In this document: positions 38,946 through 48,091 of the stretch, piece by piece
Numbering within the stretch: the stretch's first letter is position 1
Layout of the letters: each line of letters opens with the position of its first letter
DNA from: Candidatus Omnitrophota bacterium
Lineage (GTDB): Bacteria; Omnitrophota; Gorgyraeia; Gorgyraeales; Gorgyraeaceae
Length of the DNA: 55,893 nucleotides
Direction: 5' to 3'
Assembly: GCA_042572045.1 (NCBI GenBank)
Contig: JBHPFI010000005.1
Coordinates: forward strand, 1-55,893
The notes under the pieces: generated by a model
What the model saw: the letters and a program-made list of their open reading frames with translations, nothing else
What the model was told of the DNA's origin: nothing
Database searches by the model: none
Translations under genes and position numbers: made by a program

Positions 38946-38997
38946 TTACGCTCTCCTCCTTGCTCAAGTCTCCAACATCTAAACGGTCACCATCTTG

Positions 38998-39948
38998 CTA
39001 AGATATTTTTTCAATGACAGCCTGAGCCAAAAGCGGTATCATTATTTCATGCTGACCAACAATGGTATATCCGGAGCCGCCTGACTTTATAGGCCTCTTT
39101 ACTACATTTTGATAAGGCCTATAGTGTTTTATCATATCAAAATTGCAGGCGGTAAAATTCTCTACCTTATAACCCAAATTCCTGGACACATTTATTGCCT
39201 TTAGAAAAACCTCTGGAAGGATAACGCTAGATCCTATATTCAACACTACTCCGCCATCCCCGAGCCCAGAAACTACCTTTATAAAATTATGAAAATCCCT
39301 GAGAGACGCCTCTCCTGTATTGGCGCCATCGCAACTAGGGTGCTGGTGAACAATATCGGTGCCAATAGCAATATGCACAGTAGCGACTATATCTTGTTTG
39401 ACACAATTGTACAAAAGGCTTAAATTTTTAAAGCGGAGCTTTTCCTCCTTGATCACCTGTCCGATTGCCTGACCTGCTCCAATATCTTTTTCTACCGCCT
39501 CTCCTATTGCACCATTCAGATATAAAGCAGTCTCTTTTGCCATACCAAAGCTTCCGTTCTCAAGCGCTTCATCAACAGCCTCTGAGGTCTTGCCAATAAG
39601 AGCTATCTCAAAATCGTGTATTGCGCCTGAACCATTTAGGGCAATTGCAGTAATCACTTTTTTCTTTAACAGTTCTATTATTACCGGATTAAGGCCGCAT
39701 TTAATAACATGCCCCCCCAACATTGCTACGACAGGCTTTTTCTTCTTTCGGGCTAAAACAATCGCATCTACGGCCTGCTTGAAATCCATGCCTGATAATA
39801 TGCCGGGAATGGAATCATAGAAACCAGAGAAACTAGCGCCTTTTGAAGGGGGTTTTGCAAAATCTTCACGATTGACCTTGCTCTTTCTTTTGGATATGGG
39901 GTATGTCCTCAATTTACCTAAGTCTATCATAAATTTATCGTTAGGCAT
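38998..39948 (-). CDS. Conserved protein with deoxyhypusine-synthase-like fold, function unknown
   Basis: GGHVIKCGL, NGSGAIHDFE, TSE, GTDIVH, NIGSSVILPEVFLKA, GQHEIMIPLL. Confidence 0.7.
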   Translation of the reverse strand: MPNDKFMIDLGKLRTYPISKRKSKVNREDFAKPPSKGASFSGFYDSIPGILSGMDFKQAVDAIVLARKKKKPVVAMLGGHVIKCGLNPVIIELLKKKVITAIALNGSGAIHDFEIALIGKTSEAVDEALENGSFGMAKETALYLNGAIGEAVEKDIGAGQAIGQVIKEEKLRFKNLSLLYNCVKQDIVATVHIAIGTDIVHQHPSCDGANTGEASLRDFHNFIKVVSGLGDGGVVLNIGSSVILPEVFLKAINVSRNLGYKVENFTACNFDMIKHYRPYQNVVKRPIKSGGSGYTIVGQHEIMIPLLAQAVIEKIS

Positions 39949-40029
39949 ATATTGCGTATCCTCCTGTCCCTATGCTTATTTAAGGGACTCTTGAGATTGA
40001 TATCAATTGATTACCAGAGTATTTTAACA

Positions 40030-40890
40030 TTATTGACTTTTTGTGTCAAGATTGTCTCTCTTTTCTATCTTCTGGAGCGTTATTGTGACAGAGCCAACAA
40101 ATGGTATTCCCTTTGTTACAATTAATAATGGTATTCGTTTCTTATCAGCCGAAAACCAGATAAGGGCCTTTGCCTTTCTTTTTATCTTGCCCTGAAACCA
40201 TGGCAGCGGCTCTACCATAAACGCCTCCCATTCCCCAACACCCTCAATCTTCACAAAACCTTTTTTATTTATCTTTGCCTGTAAAAGATAATTCTTTTCG
40301 TCAGCATTTACATTCGCAAAAATAGACCTTCCGAGGGCTATGTTCTGCAGCCTAAAATAATAAAGGCAGCTCAAGGGGTCTTGGACGTTCCTTGGTATAT
40401 TATATTCTTTCTTACTATGATTAAGGCGCGAAAAGTAAACGGCCTTGCCTTTGTCCTGATAAAAATCCGTATATTCATCCGACCTGTAACCACCCTCTCT
40501 TTGCTTCTTCTCAAATCTAACAGGATGAAGTTTTTCTACGTCTAAATAAGTAGATACCTCGTCTTCAACCTTGTATATCTTTGATAAAATAGGGGTTGTC
40601 CTGGCAGTAGTAAGGATGTGATAGACCTGACGGCCATTCCTTTCTGTAATCCCTTCCACGGACAAGGTCGCAATGCCAACGTCCATACCTAACCACTCTG
40701 CCTTGTAAGTAAACTTCTCCCCTATCTCTAATTTTTCTTGAGGGGATTTTATTTCTATCTTGACTTCCTGTTCCTCGCTTAGAATCCTATACTTAGACCT
40801 AATTATGCTGCAGCCGGATATTGAAAACATCAATAGGAATATCAGCAAATAGCTTTTGGGTTTTCTCAATTTTACATTCTTCTTAAACAT
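40030..40890 (-). CDS. DUF3108-like lipoprotein
   Basis: Lipobox ISGC; GEKFTY...W.G..VG.A, QDPLS..Y..R, IWFS.D..RIP. Confidence 0.7.
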   Translation of the reverse strand: MFKKNVKLRKPKSYLLIFLLMFSISGCSIIRSKYRILSEEQEVKIEIKSPQEKLEIGEKFTYKAEWLGMDVGIATLSVEGITERNGRQVYHILTTARTTPILSKIYKVEDEVSTYLDVEKLHPVRFEKKQREGGYRSDEYTDFYQDKGKAVYFSRLNHSKKEYNIPRNVQDPLSCLYYFRLQNIALGRSIFANVNADEKNYLLQAKINKKGFVKIEGVGEWEAFMVEPLPWFQGKIKRKAKALIWFSADKKRIPLLIVTKGIPFVGSVTITLQKIEKRDNLDTKSQ

Positions 40891-40901
40891 AAACTGTCTC
40901 T

Positions 40902-41948
40902 CTATTGCTTTAATAATGCTTCGGCCTTTTCTATAACTTCTTTTACTGTTACTGAATTAAGGCATAAAAAGCCTTTTTTGCAATTGTGCGCCAGGCATTC
41001 TGCGCAGCCAACCTCTTTATGCAATGTCGCGCTCTTAATGCCAAGAGGGCGCCATCTTGTAGGACTGAGCCCTTTTTCATTCCTTCCAAATATGGATATA
41101 ACAGGCGTCCCAACAGCGCACGCTATATGAACAGGGCCTGAATCATTTGAAATAAACAAAGATGCCCTCTTTAACAACGCGGCCAGCTCTCCGAGAGATG
41201 TCTCCCCGCACAAAAATAAAACCTTGCCTTTCTTCATAAGTCCCCTGGCTACTTCTCCTATCTTTATCTGGCCAGGACTCGAAACCAAAACAACGCGTAC
41301 GCCAAATCTCTCGATTAAGCAATCTGCGGTCTTTGCAAACTTTTCCTGAGGCCACATCTTTGAAACGCAACTTGCGCCAGGATGAACCACTGCAAATCTT
41401 TCTCCCTGTTTTAATCCATATTCTTTAAGTAAACCTTCTATCCTTTCTTCATCTGGCTTCTTGAGGGCTATGACTAACGGCGATAGCTTTGCGTCTATCC
41501 CAAGAAACCTCAATACATCCAGAGAATATTCTGCTTCATGTTTTTCCCCAATCCGCTTTTCATAAGGCAACCGGTCGGTTAAAAGAAAATCCATCTTGCC
41601 CCGCGCATACCCTACCCTTTTTGGTATCCCTGCTAAAAAGGAGATAAGGTTGACCCTGGTTGTAGAATGCAGAATAAGCGCTAAATCAAATCTCTTTGTT
41701 TTAAGGCGCATGGCAAAACCTAATGTCTGAAAAATACCCCTGTGCTTTAGCCTCTTATCATACAGTATTACTTCGTTAAGATGCGGATTGCCTGTTACAA
41801 TCTCCTTTGTTTCCGCAGAAACCATTACAGCAATATACGCATCTGGAAAGGCCGTTCTTGTTGCTGTTATCACAGGCGTGGAAAGCACGACATCCCCGAT
41901 CCTATCAGTCCTTATAATAAGTATCCTTTTTATTCCCGCAATATCCAT
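40902..41948 (-). CDS. GT9 LPS heptosyltransferase family
   Basis: RILIIR.DRIGD, HPGA, ISNDSGPVHIA, IFG; start ATG 41948. Confidence 0.9.
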   Translation of the reverse strand: MDIAGIKRILIIRTDRIGDVVLSTPVITATRTAFPDAYIAVMVSAETKEIVTGNPHLNEVILYDKRLKHRGIFQTLGFAMRLKTKRFDLALILHSTTRVNLISFLAGIPKRVGYARGKMDFLLTDRLPYEKRIGEKHEAEYSLDVLRFLGIDAKLSPLVIALKKPDEERIEGLLKEYGLKQGERFAVVHPGASCVSKMWPQEKFAKTADCLIERFGVRVVLVSSPGQIKIGEVARGLMKKGKVLFLCGETSLGELAALLKRASLFISNDSGPVHIACAVGTPVISIFGRNEKGLSPTRWRPLGIKSATLHKEVGCAECLAHNCKKGFLCLNSVTVKEVIEKAEALLKQ

Positions 41949-41956
41949 AACATCAT

Positions 41957-42067
41957 CTAACTTGAGAAACCTTAAATGACAAAAGTTATCCACCCTCGTC
42001 CTGGTTTCGGTGGATAATCCGCCGCAGGCGGATAGTCCAGTTCCGCGTATTCCCTATGTCAAGTTAG
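41957..42067. repeat. 41-bp palindromic element, copy D, interrupted by a ~71-bp hairpin insert
   Basis: CTAACTTGAGAAACCTTAAATGACAAAAGT [41987-42057] GTCAAGTTAG; the insert carries TTATCCACC/GGTGGATAA arms and ATCCGCC-GCA-GGCGGAT. Confidence 0.7.
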
Positions 42068-43069
42068 TATCTTTTTTATTGCCTCCAGCACTTCTTCGGA
42101 ACTAACTTGCTCCATGCACTCATGATTGAACTCGCACCGGGCCTTTTTGCATGGGGAACATTTAAGGTCTTTTCGTATAAGCGCATCATCTTCGCCTGTA
42201 GGGCCGTATTCTTCAGCATCTGTTGGCCCAAATACTGCCACCACTTTCACTCCAAGGTCACACGCAATATGCATACAAGCGCTGTCACAGGTCAAAAGCA
42301 GTTCAAGGCGTTCTATTAATGCAGAAAGTTCATTTAGATTTGTCTTTCCTACCAAGTCGACTAGACCTTCGTGCTTTAAATTGTTTTTTACCTCCCTCGC
42401 TATATTAACCTGGCCTATATCTCCTATCAGAATAATCTTATGCTTTCCCTGTTTTAAAAGGTTGTCTATGACTTCTATAAATCCCTCAGTGCGCCATTGT
42501 TTTAAAAGGCTGCGGCATGCGGGATTTACCCCTATTAGCACATCTTCCTTCCTCAAACCATTTTTCTCAAAGAGTTTATTTATTGCCTCTCTGTCTTTAT
42601 TGTCGATATAAATATTCCTTTGTTTCTTGTATTTTATATCCAGTGTCTTCAGCTTATCCAAATGCGTCAATCTCTTATGTTTAATCGTATTTTTGCCTAT
42701 CGAAATCAAACTTGTCCTATGTTTAGCGCCTATTAAAATAGGGATAAGACTCGTTCTCATATCTACTGCCATGTCATATTTTTCTCTCTTCAATCTTCCT
42801 ATAAAATCTATTTTTTCTTTTAACTTTGCATGTTTATCATATATGAAGATATTATTAATGCCCGGGTCCTTTGTAAAAATTTGTCTTGGTTTGGGCCCTA
42901 CTACAACATCTATCCTTGCATCAGGAAAGCTGTCTTTAAGCGCAGATAAAACCGGCAGGGTCAAAATCGCATCGCCGATATTGCTGAGAGTAATAAAAAG
43001 TATCTTTCGGATTTCGGATTTTCCGCCTGAGGCGGACCCGCCTCTGGCGGGCGCATTTCGGATTTTCAT
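42059..43069 (-). CDS. GT9 LPS heptosyltransferase family
   Basis: ILFITLSNIGD, TCDSACMHIA, VFGPT, CSPC; start ATG 43069 overlaps upstream TGA. Confidence 0.9.
   Translation of the reverse strand: MKIRNAPARGGSASGGKSEIRKILFITLSNIGDAILTLPVLSALKDSFPDARIDVVVGPKPRQIFTKDPGINNIFIYDKHAKLKEKIDFIGRLKREKYDMAVDMRTSLIPILIGAKHRTSLISIGKNTIKHKRLTHLDKLKTLDIKYKKQRNIYIDNKDREAINKLFEKNGLRKEDVLIGVNPACRSLLKQWRTEGFIEVIDNLLKQGKHKIILIGDIGQVNIAREVKNNLKHEGLVDLVGKTNLNELSALIERLELLLTCDSACMHIACDLGVKVVAVFGPTDAEEYGPTGEDDALIRKDLKCSPCKKARCEFNHECMEQVSSEEVLEAIKKILT
43005..43065. repeat. Double CCGCC-N3-GGCGG hairpin inside an ATTTCGG heptamer tandem, in frame in a GT9 N-terminus
   Basis: TCCGCC-TGA-GGCGGA (43022-43036) and CCCGCC-TCT-GGCGGG (43037-43051) flanked by TTTCGGA units; encodes KIRNAPARGGSASGGKSEIRK. 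Confidence 0.85.
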
Positions 43070-44064
43070 GACATGACTTCCAGTACATCTTTGACGCTTA
43101 TTGCCTTCATGCACCTATTGTCTTTGCATGAAAGATTGTAGCAAGGGATCTCGCAATCAACGTCCTTACACAAAATCTTGTATACACCTTCTCCATGCGG
43201 CCCTGTAATCTTCGGGGCGGTCGGGCCGAATAAGGCAACGAGGCTTGTCTTTAGTGCCGCCGCTATATGCATAGGCCCGGAATCACTGGAAATCACCCAT
43301 TTTGCCTTTTTAAAAATAGCCCCCAGAGTTTTCAGGTCTGTCTTGCCGCATAATAAGATTGGTTCGTGATCCATTAAATGTGAAACCCTTTTGCATAGAT
43401 CCATATCCTTTTCTGCGCCCGTTAAAACTACTGCCATATTAAATCTATCAAAAACAGCATCGCCAAGTTTTGCAAAATTTTCAGCGGGCCACCTTTTTAA
43501 TTCCCAATTGCCGCCTGGATTTATTACTACAAAATCTTTGCCGCCTTTAAAACCTTGGGCTTTTAAAATCTCATCCGCCTTATCTTTATCCTTTTGAGAA
43601 ACAAAAAACTCGCAACCGGTCTTCCTCGGCTGCATACCCATGGATCTGGCAAGGGTTAAAAAATATTCCACCCTGTGTATGTCCTTAGGAGGCGGAGATA
43701 CCTTCCTTGTTAATAAAAATCCTGACTTTTTATTATCGTGTCCTATTCGCTCTGGTATCTTAGAGAGAAAAATGAGCATTGTTCTCGTTAAAGACCTGCG
43801 TAATATAAAGGCGATATCGAACCTTTTTGATCTCAGCTGTGAAATAATTGAAATTTTCTTTAGAAGGCTCCTGTGGAGGACTTTTTCGTCATATATAATA
43901 ATTTCGTCTATGTGAGGATTGTCCTCCAGGACCTGACGACATCTTGGGTGGGTAACTACGGCAATATAAGAGTCTGGATAATTTTCTCTTATCGTCCTTA
44001 TAAATGGCGTTACAAAAAGCGTATCGCCTAACCAATTAACATTGACTATTAGTATACGTTTCAT
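43066..44064 (-). CDS. waaF: LPS heptosyltransferase II-like (GT9)
   Basis: RILIVNVNWLGD, INPGG...KRWP, SSDSGPMHIA, LFGPT; start ATG 44064. Confidence 0.85.
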   Translation of the reverse strand: MKRILIVNVNWLGDTLFVTPFIRTIRENYPDSYIAVVTHPRCRQVLEDNPHIDEIIIYDEKVLHRSLLKKISIISQLRSKRFDIAFILRRSLTRTMLIFLSKIPERIGHDNKKSGFLLTRKVSPPPKDIHRVEYFLTLARSMGMQPRKTGCEFFVSQKDKDKADEILKAQGFKGGKDFVVINPGGNWELKRWPAENFAKLGDAVFDRFNMAVVLTGAEKDMDLCKRVSHLMDHEPILLCGKTDLKTLGAIFKKAKWVISSDSGPMHIAAALKTSLVALFGPTAPKITGPHGEGVYKILCKDVDCEIPCYNLSCKDNRCMKAISVKDVLEVMS

Positions 44065-44103
44065 AAGAAAACTTACCTTAAGCGAAGTCAAAGGCCAAAG
44101 GCT

Positions 44104-44886
44104 TTAGTCTTCGTCTCTATGTTCCTTTATCCATGTATAAAAACCTGACGTCTCTATCCAGAATACAAATAAATTATCTGAGGTCCTGGATATACGCACT
44201 CGTTTCATCGCAAATATATCGTGTTTGGGATAATCCTTGCCCGGGTTGGTACCAACTGCGATCGCATACCCTGCCTTTATAACCTTATCTCTTACGTAAT
44301 CATTAAAACCGCCTAATGGGTAGCTTAAGGCTGAGACCTTTTCTCTGGTATGGCTTTCGATTGCGCGCTTAGAATCAAAAATCTCTATGTCTAATTTTTG
44401 CTCTGCCAAATCTGTCAGATACGCATGGGTCATTGAATGACTCCCAATAGAAACAACATCGCTTCCAGACATTTCAATAACCTGATCCCATGTCAAATAT
44501 TCATCCCTTCCTGTAAGAGCCGGGACTATAAAAATAGTGGCAGGAAGTCCTGTCTCTTTCAAAACAGGATATGCGTTTGTGTAATTATTCTCAAGGCCAT
44601 CGTCAAAGGTAATAGCTATAGTCTTGTAAGGGATATTACCTCTTCTGATCAAGCCCGGCAAATCTTCGAGCCTTACGACATTATAATTGTGTTTCTTTAA
44701 AAAGGACATCTGTCTTCTAAAACTTTCGGGAGAAACGCTTAGCTTGGAAGCATAAGCATTGTCGTCTATACTGTGATACATAATCACAGGAACAACATAT
44801 TGCGCCCTTGCGTAAAAAATTCCGCTTATTAAGAAAACTAAAGCGCCGAATAAAACTATAAATCTTTTCTTCGCGCGTAACTTCAT
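44104..44886 (-). CDS. Polysaccharide deacetylase (CE4/NodB, IcaB-like) with N-terminal anchor
   Basis: PVIMYH, ITFDDG, GSHSMTH, SYPLG. Confidence 0.9.
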   Translation of the reverse strand: MKLRAKKRFIVLFGALVFLISGIFYARAQYVVPVIMYHSIDDNAYASKLSVSPESFRRQMSFLKKHNYNVVRLEDLPGLIRRGNIPYKTIAITFDDGLENNYTNAYPVLKETGLPATIFIVPALTGRDEYLTWDQVIEMSGSDVVSIGSHSMTHAYLTDLAEQKLDIEIFDSKRAIESHTREKVSALSYPLGGFNDYVRDKVIKAGYAIAVGTNPGKDYPKHDIFAMKRVRISRTSDNLFVFWIETSGFYTWIKEHRDED

Positions 44887-45983
44887 GCAACCTCTCTATA
44901 CAATTTATCCACCCTTTCTGCCATCCCATTAATAGAAAATTTTTCTATAGCTATCTCCTTGCCAGCATGAGACATTCTTTCATAAAGCTCCTTGTCTTTT
45001 AACAGCCTTACAGTGGGCTTGATTAGAAGTTCCGGCTTAGAAGGCTCTATGAGAAATCCATTGACGTCATTTTCAATAACGCTTGATACGCCTCCTACAT
45101 TTGTAGCAACAACCGGTTTCCCTGAAGCAAGCGCCTCCAAGAGCGCAATACCCAGGCCTTCTTTTCTTCTTGGGGTAAACATGAAGACATCTATAATAGA
45201 CAAAATATGCGCTGTGTTTAATTGCGTTTTAATAAATACAACATTCTCGGACAGATTAAGGCGCTGTGTCAGATCTATTATCTTTGAACGCTCTTTGCCG
45301 TCTCCGACAAAAACAAGCTGTACGTTTGGTTTTTCTTTCAATATCTCACAAAATGCATACAAAAGAACATCGTGTCCTTTATCAGGAGTAAATCTAGCTA
45401 TAGTCCCAATAACACGATGGTCCTTTTTTATGCCAAACTTATCCTTCAATCCGTCTTTTTCCTCTTCTGTGAAATGCCTGAGAAACATTTTGACATCTAT
45501 GCCGTTATATATCAGAGAAATTTTATGCCCACCCACATGAAAATCTTTTAAGAGATGTTCCCGGACCGCTTCGCTTATCGCAATCACACGGCTCCCCCAC
45601 GCTGGAAACATAAGCCTTCCTAACTTTTTTCTAAAAAAACCGTGGCATGTTGTAATAAATGCTATCCTACACAATCTCGATACAAAAAAACCTATCACCT
45701 GAGTAACTCGCGTCTGCGCATGTATCACATCTATATCAAGGCTCCTAACTATCTTGCATATTTCAAAAATAGCTCTAAAAACCTTTGGGCTTAACTCAGA
45801 CTTTGTTAAGACATCGACCTTTATATGTGAAACTCCTCCTGAAGCCAATTCAGACACCAGAACGCCTCCAGAAGAAGCAACGAACACATCCTCTTCTTTT
45901 GCCTTCAATGCCTTTGCGAGAGAAACGGTATAGGTGCCTATTCCTCCGATATTAAGATGAGTGGTTAATAATAATATTTTCAT
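44883..45983 (-). CDS. GT4 glycosyltransferase
   Basis: GGIG, TTCHG, IYNGID, KGHD, EGLGIALLEA. Confidence 0.92.
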   Translation of the reverse strand: MKILLLTTHLNIGGIGTYTVSLAKALKAKEEDVFVASSGGVLVSELASGGVSHIKVDVLTKSELSPKVFRAIFEICKIVRSLDIDVIHAQTRVTQVIGFFVSRLCRIAFITTCHGFFRKKLGRLMFPAWGSRVIAISEAVREHLLKDFHVGGHKISLIYNGIDVKMFLRHFTEEEKDGLKDKFGIKKDHRVIGTIARFTPDKGHDVLLYAFCEILKEKPNVQLVFVGDGKERSKIIDLTQRLNLSENVVFIKTQLNTAHILSIIDVFMFTPRRKEGLGIALLEALASGKPVVATNVGGVSSVIENDVNGFLIEPSKPELLIKPTVRLLKDKELYERMSHAGKEIAIEKFSINGMAERVDKLYREVA

Positions 45984-45992
45984 AATAAGACT

Positions 45993-48083
45993 TTAGGACT
46001 TTATTTTTTCCATTACCAATTTATACACCTCATCCACGCTAATCTTATCCATGCATACAATATTCTTACAGGAGGATTTATAACACGGACTACAAGATAC
46101 TTCTTTTCTAATAACAACTCCCTTATCCGTAGGTTCAAAATGCCTTCTTGGATCAGTCGGACCGAATAAAGCGATAAAATTAGTGGCCATACTTGAAGCA
46201 AGATGCATTGGGGCGCTATCCCCTGTGACAAAAACCTTGCATCTTTTTATCAAGGCTGCCAACTGTGTAACCGTTGTTTTGCCTGCCGCATTTATAACCT
46301 TACTGCGCGCCCTATTTACAAAATCTGCGGCCTGCTCTTCTTCTTCTCTTGAAGCCGTGACAACAACCCTTATATGTTTTACAGCGAGTCTATCTGAAAG
46401 TTCTGCGAAGCACTTTAAAGGCCATCTCTTTGTTTTCCAACTGCTGCCTATATTAATCCCTACAAGAATCTGACCTTCTCCTACCCATTCATTTTTTAAA
46501 AAATTATCTACATACAAAAAGTCCTCTTTTCCGGGCCATATCTCCAAACGCTTAGATGCGCCTATTGTATTAATACCTGCTCTTTTAAGCACCCTAAACT
46601 GTTCCTCTAAGGGTCCTATTCCGATCTTTAAATGCTTCAACCTATTATTTATCAAAAACCCCATCTTGCTATTGCTGTAACCGAACCTTTTCGGAACAGC
46701 CCCTATCCACGCCAACATATGACTGGCTCTATTGTTCTGCAGGTCTATAGACATGTCAAAGGCTCTGCGCTTTATAATGGCTCCTATATTCACCAATCCC
46801 TTCAGGCCCTTGTCCTTTCCTTTCCTATCATAAAGTATAATGTCGTCTATGTATGGACATTTTTTTAACACCCTTCTAGATTCAGTTCCTACTAATACAC
46901 TGATAAAGGCTTTGGGGAAATTATTTTTTATTGTCCTCATGCTTGGCACCGCAAGAATCACATCTCCTACCGCGCCTATTTTAATTACTAGAATTCTTTT
47001 TCTATTGCATGAATGCTCATAAAGTTTTATAGTTTCCTCTGCCATGCGAGTAAGGCTGTATTCTTTCTCAACCTTTCTCCTCGCTTCAATAGCAAGATTT
47101 TTGGCCAGATCCCTATTCTTCAACAGTTTTATTATAGAATCTACCATTTCCATGATGTCGCCTGGCTTTACGAGTATGCCTGTATTTCCATCTTCTATGA
47201 TATCCACTACACCTCCTATGCGTGTAGCAATAACAGGCACGCCGCTTGCGCCTGCTTCAATAACTACCCGTCCAAATGCCTCCTGACCCATAGACGGCAG
47301 CATAAGAAGATCTAATTCTGACATTATCTTTGGTATATCATGCCGCGACCCTAAAAACTCCACAAATGGCTCTATACCAAGCTTGCGAATCAAGGCCTTT
47401 AGATTCTCTCTGTATTCAGGTTTATCCTTAGGGGCGTCACCCACTATCATCATCCTTACCTTTGGAAATATGCGCACCACCCTTGCAAACACCTGCAAAA
47501 AAAACGCATGCCCTTTTATGGGCGTAATCCTACCGACAACGCCTATTTTGTATTCCGCCTTATGGTGAGATGTGTCTATTGGATTAAATCTAAATTTATC
47601 GAGGTCGACTCCTCTGGGAATAAACCTTATCCTTTCACGCGGCACGCCAAAATTCTCTATCATATGACGTCCTATAACGCTAGAGGCTACAATTACAAAT
47701 TTGCCCCAGCCCATTATGCGGCTTAAAAAATGCGTTGAGTAGTAGCCGTGTGCTGTAGTAATAAAGCCTGCGTTTGTGTGCCTTGTCGCAAAAAACGCAA
47801 TAATGGCCGGCACACGAGAACGTGCATGCACGATATCTATATGCTCTTTTTTTATAACAAGTTCTAACTTTCTAATCATCTTGATAACTGTAAATAATGA
47901 CTTTTTATGTACAGGGAGACTTATATGTCTTGCGTTCATGCCCAAGAGGTCCTTTACCATCCTCCCGCCATTAGACACAACAATAACCTTATGGCCTCTT
48001 TTAACCAGTTCCCTGGATAAATCAACCGTCCCTGTCTCTACACCGCCTACATCCAATCTTGGAAGAATCTGTAATATATTCAT
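45993..48083 (-). CDS. GT4-GT9 fusion glycosyltransferase
   Basis: N half GGVETG, HARSR, EAFGRVVIEA (GT4); C half RILVIK.GAVGD, TGDSAPMHLA, LFGPT, CSPC (GT9). Confidence 0.9.
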   Translation of the reverse strand: MNILQILPRLDVGGVETGTVDLSRELVKRGHKVIVVSNGGRMVKDLLGMNARHISLPVHKKSLFTVIKMIRKLELVIKKEHIDIVHARSRVPAIIAFFATRHTNAGFITTAHGYYSTHFLSRIMGWGKFVIVASSVIGRHMIENFGVPRERIRFIPRGVDLDKFRFNPIDTSHHKAEYKIGVVGRITPIKGHAFFLQVFARVVRIFPKVRMMIVGDAPKDKPEYRENLKALIRKLGIEPFVEFLGSRHDIPKIMSELDLLMLPSMGQEAFGRVVIEAGASGVPVIATRIGGVVDIIEDGNTGILVKPGDIMEMVDSIIKLLKNRDLAKNLAIEARRKVEKEYSLTRMAEETIKLYEHSCNRKRILVIKIGAVGDVILAVPSMRTIKNNFPKAFISVLVGTESRRVLKKCPYIDDIILYDRKGKDKGLKGLVNIGAIIKRRAFDMSIDLQNNRASHMLAWIGAVPKRFGYSNSKMGFLINNRLKHLKIGIGPLEEQFRVLKRAGINTIGASKRLEIWPGKEDFLYVDNFLKNEWVGEGQILVGINIGSSWKTKRWPLKCFAELSDRLAVKHIRVVVTASREEEEQAADFVNRARSKVINAAGKTTVTQLAALIKRCKVFVTGDSAPMHLASSMATNFIALFGPTDPRRHFEPTDKGVVIRKEVSCSPCYKSSCKNIVCMDKISVDEVYKLVMEKIKS

Positions 48084-48091
48084 AATACTGA

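Noticed and set aside
41986-42017. Two inverted DnaA-box-like 9-mers (TTATCCACC) as oriC
   Set aside because: Only two, each with a mismatch, inside a short repeat insert in an operon; no AT-rich unwinding region, dnaA or strand switch
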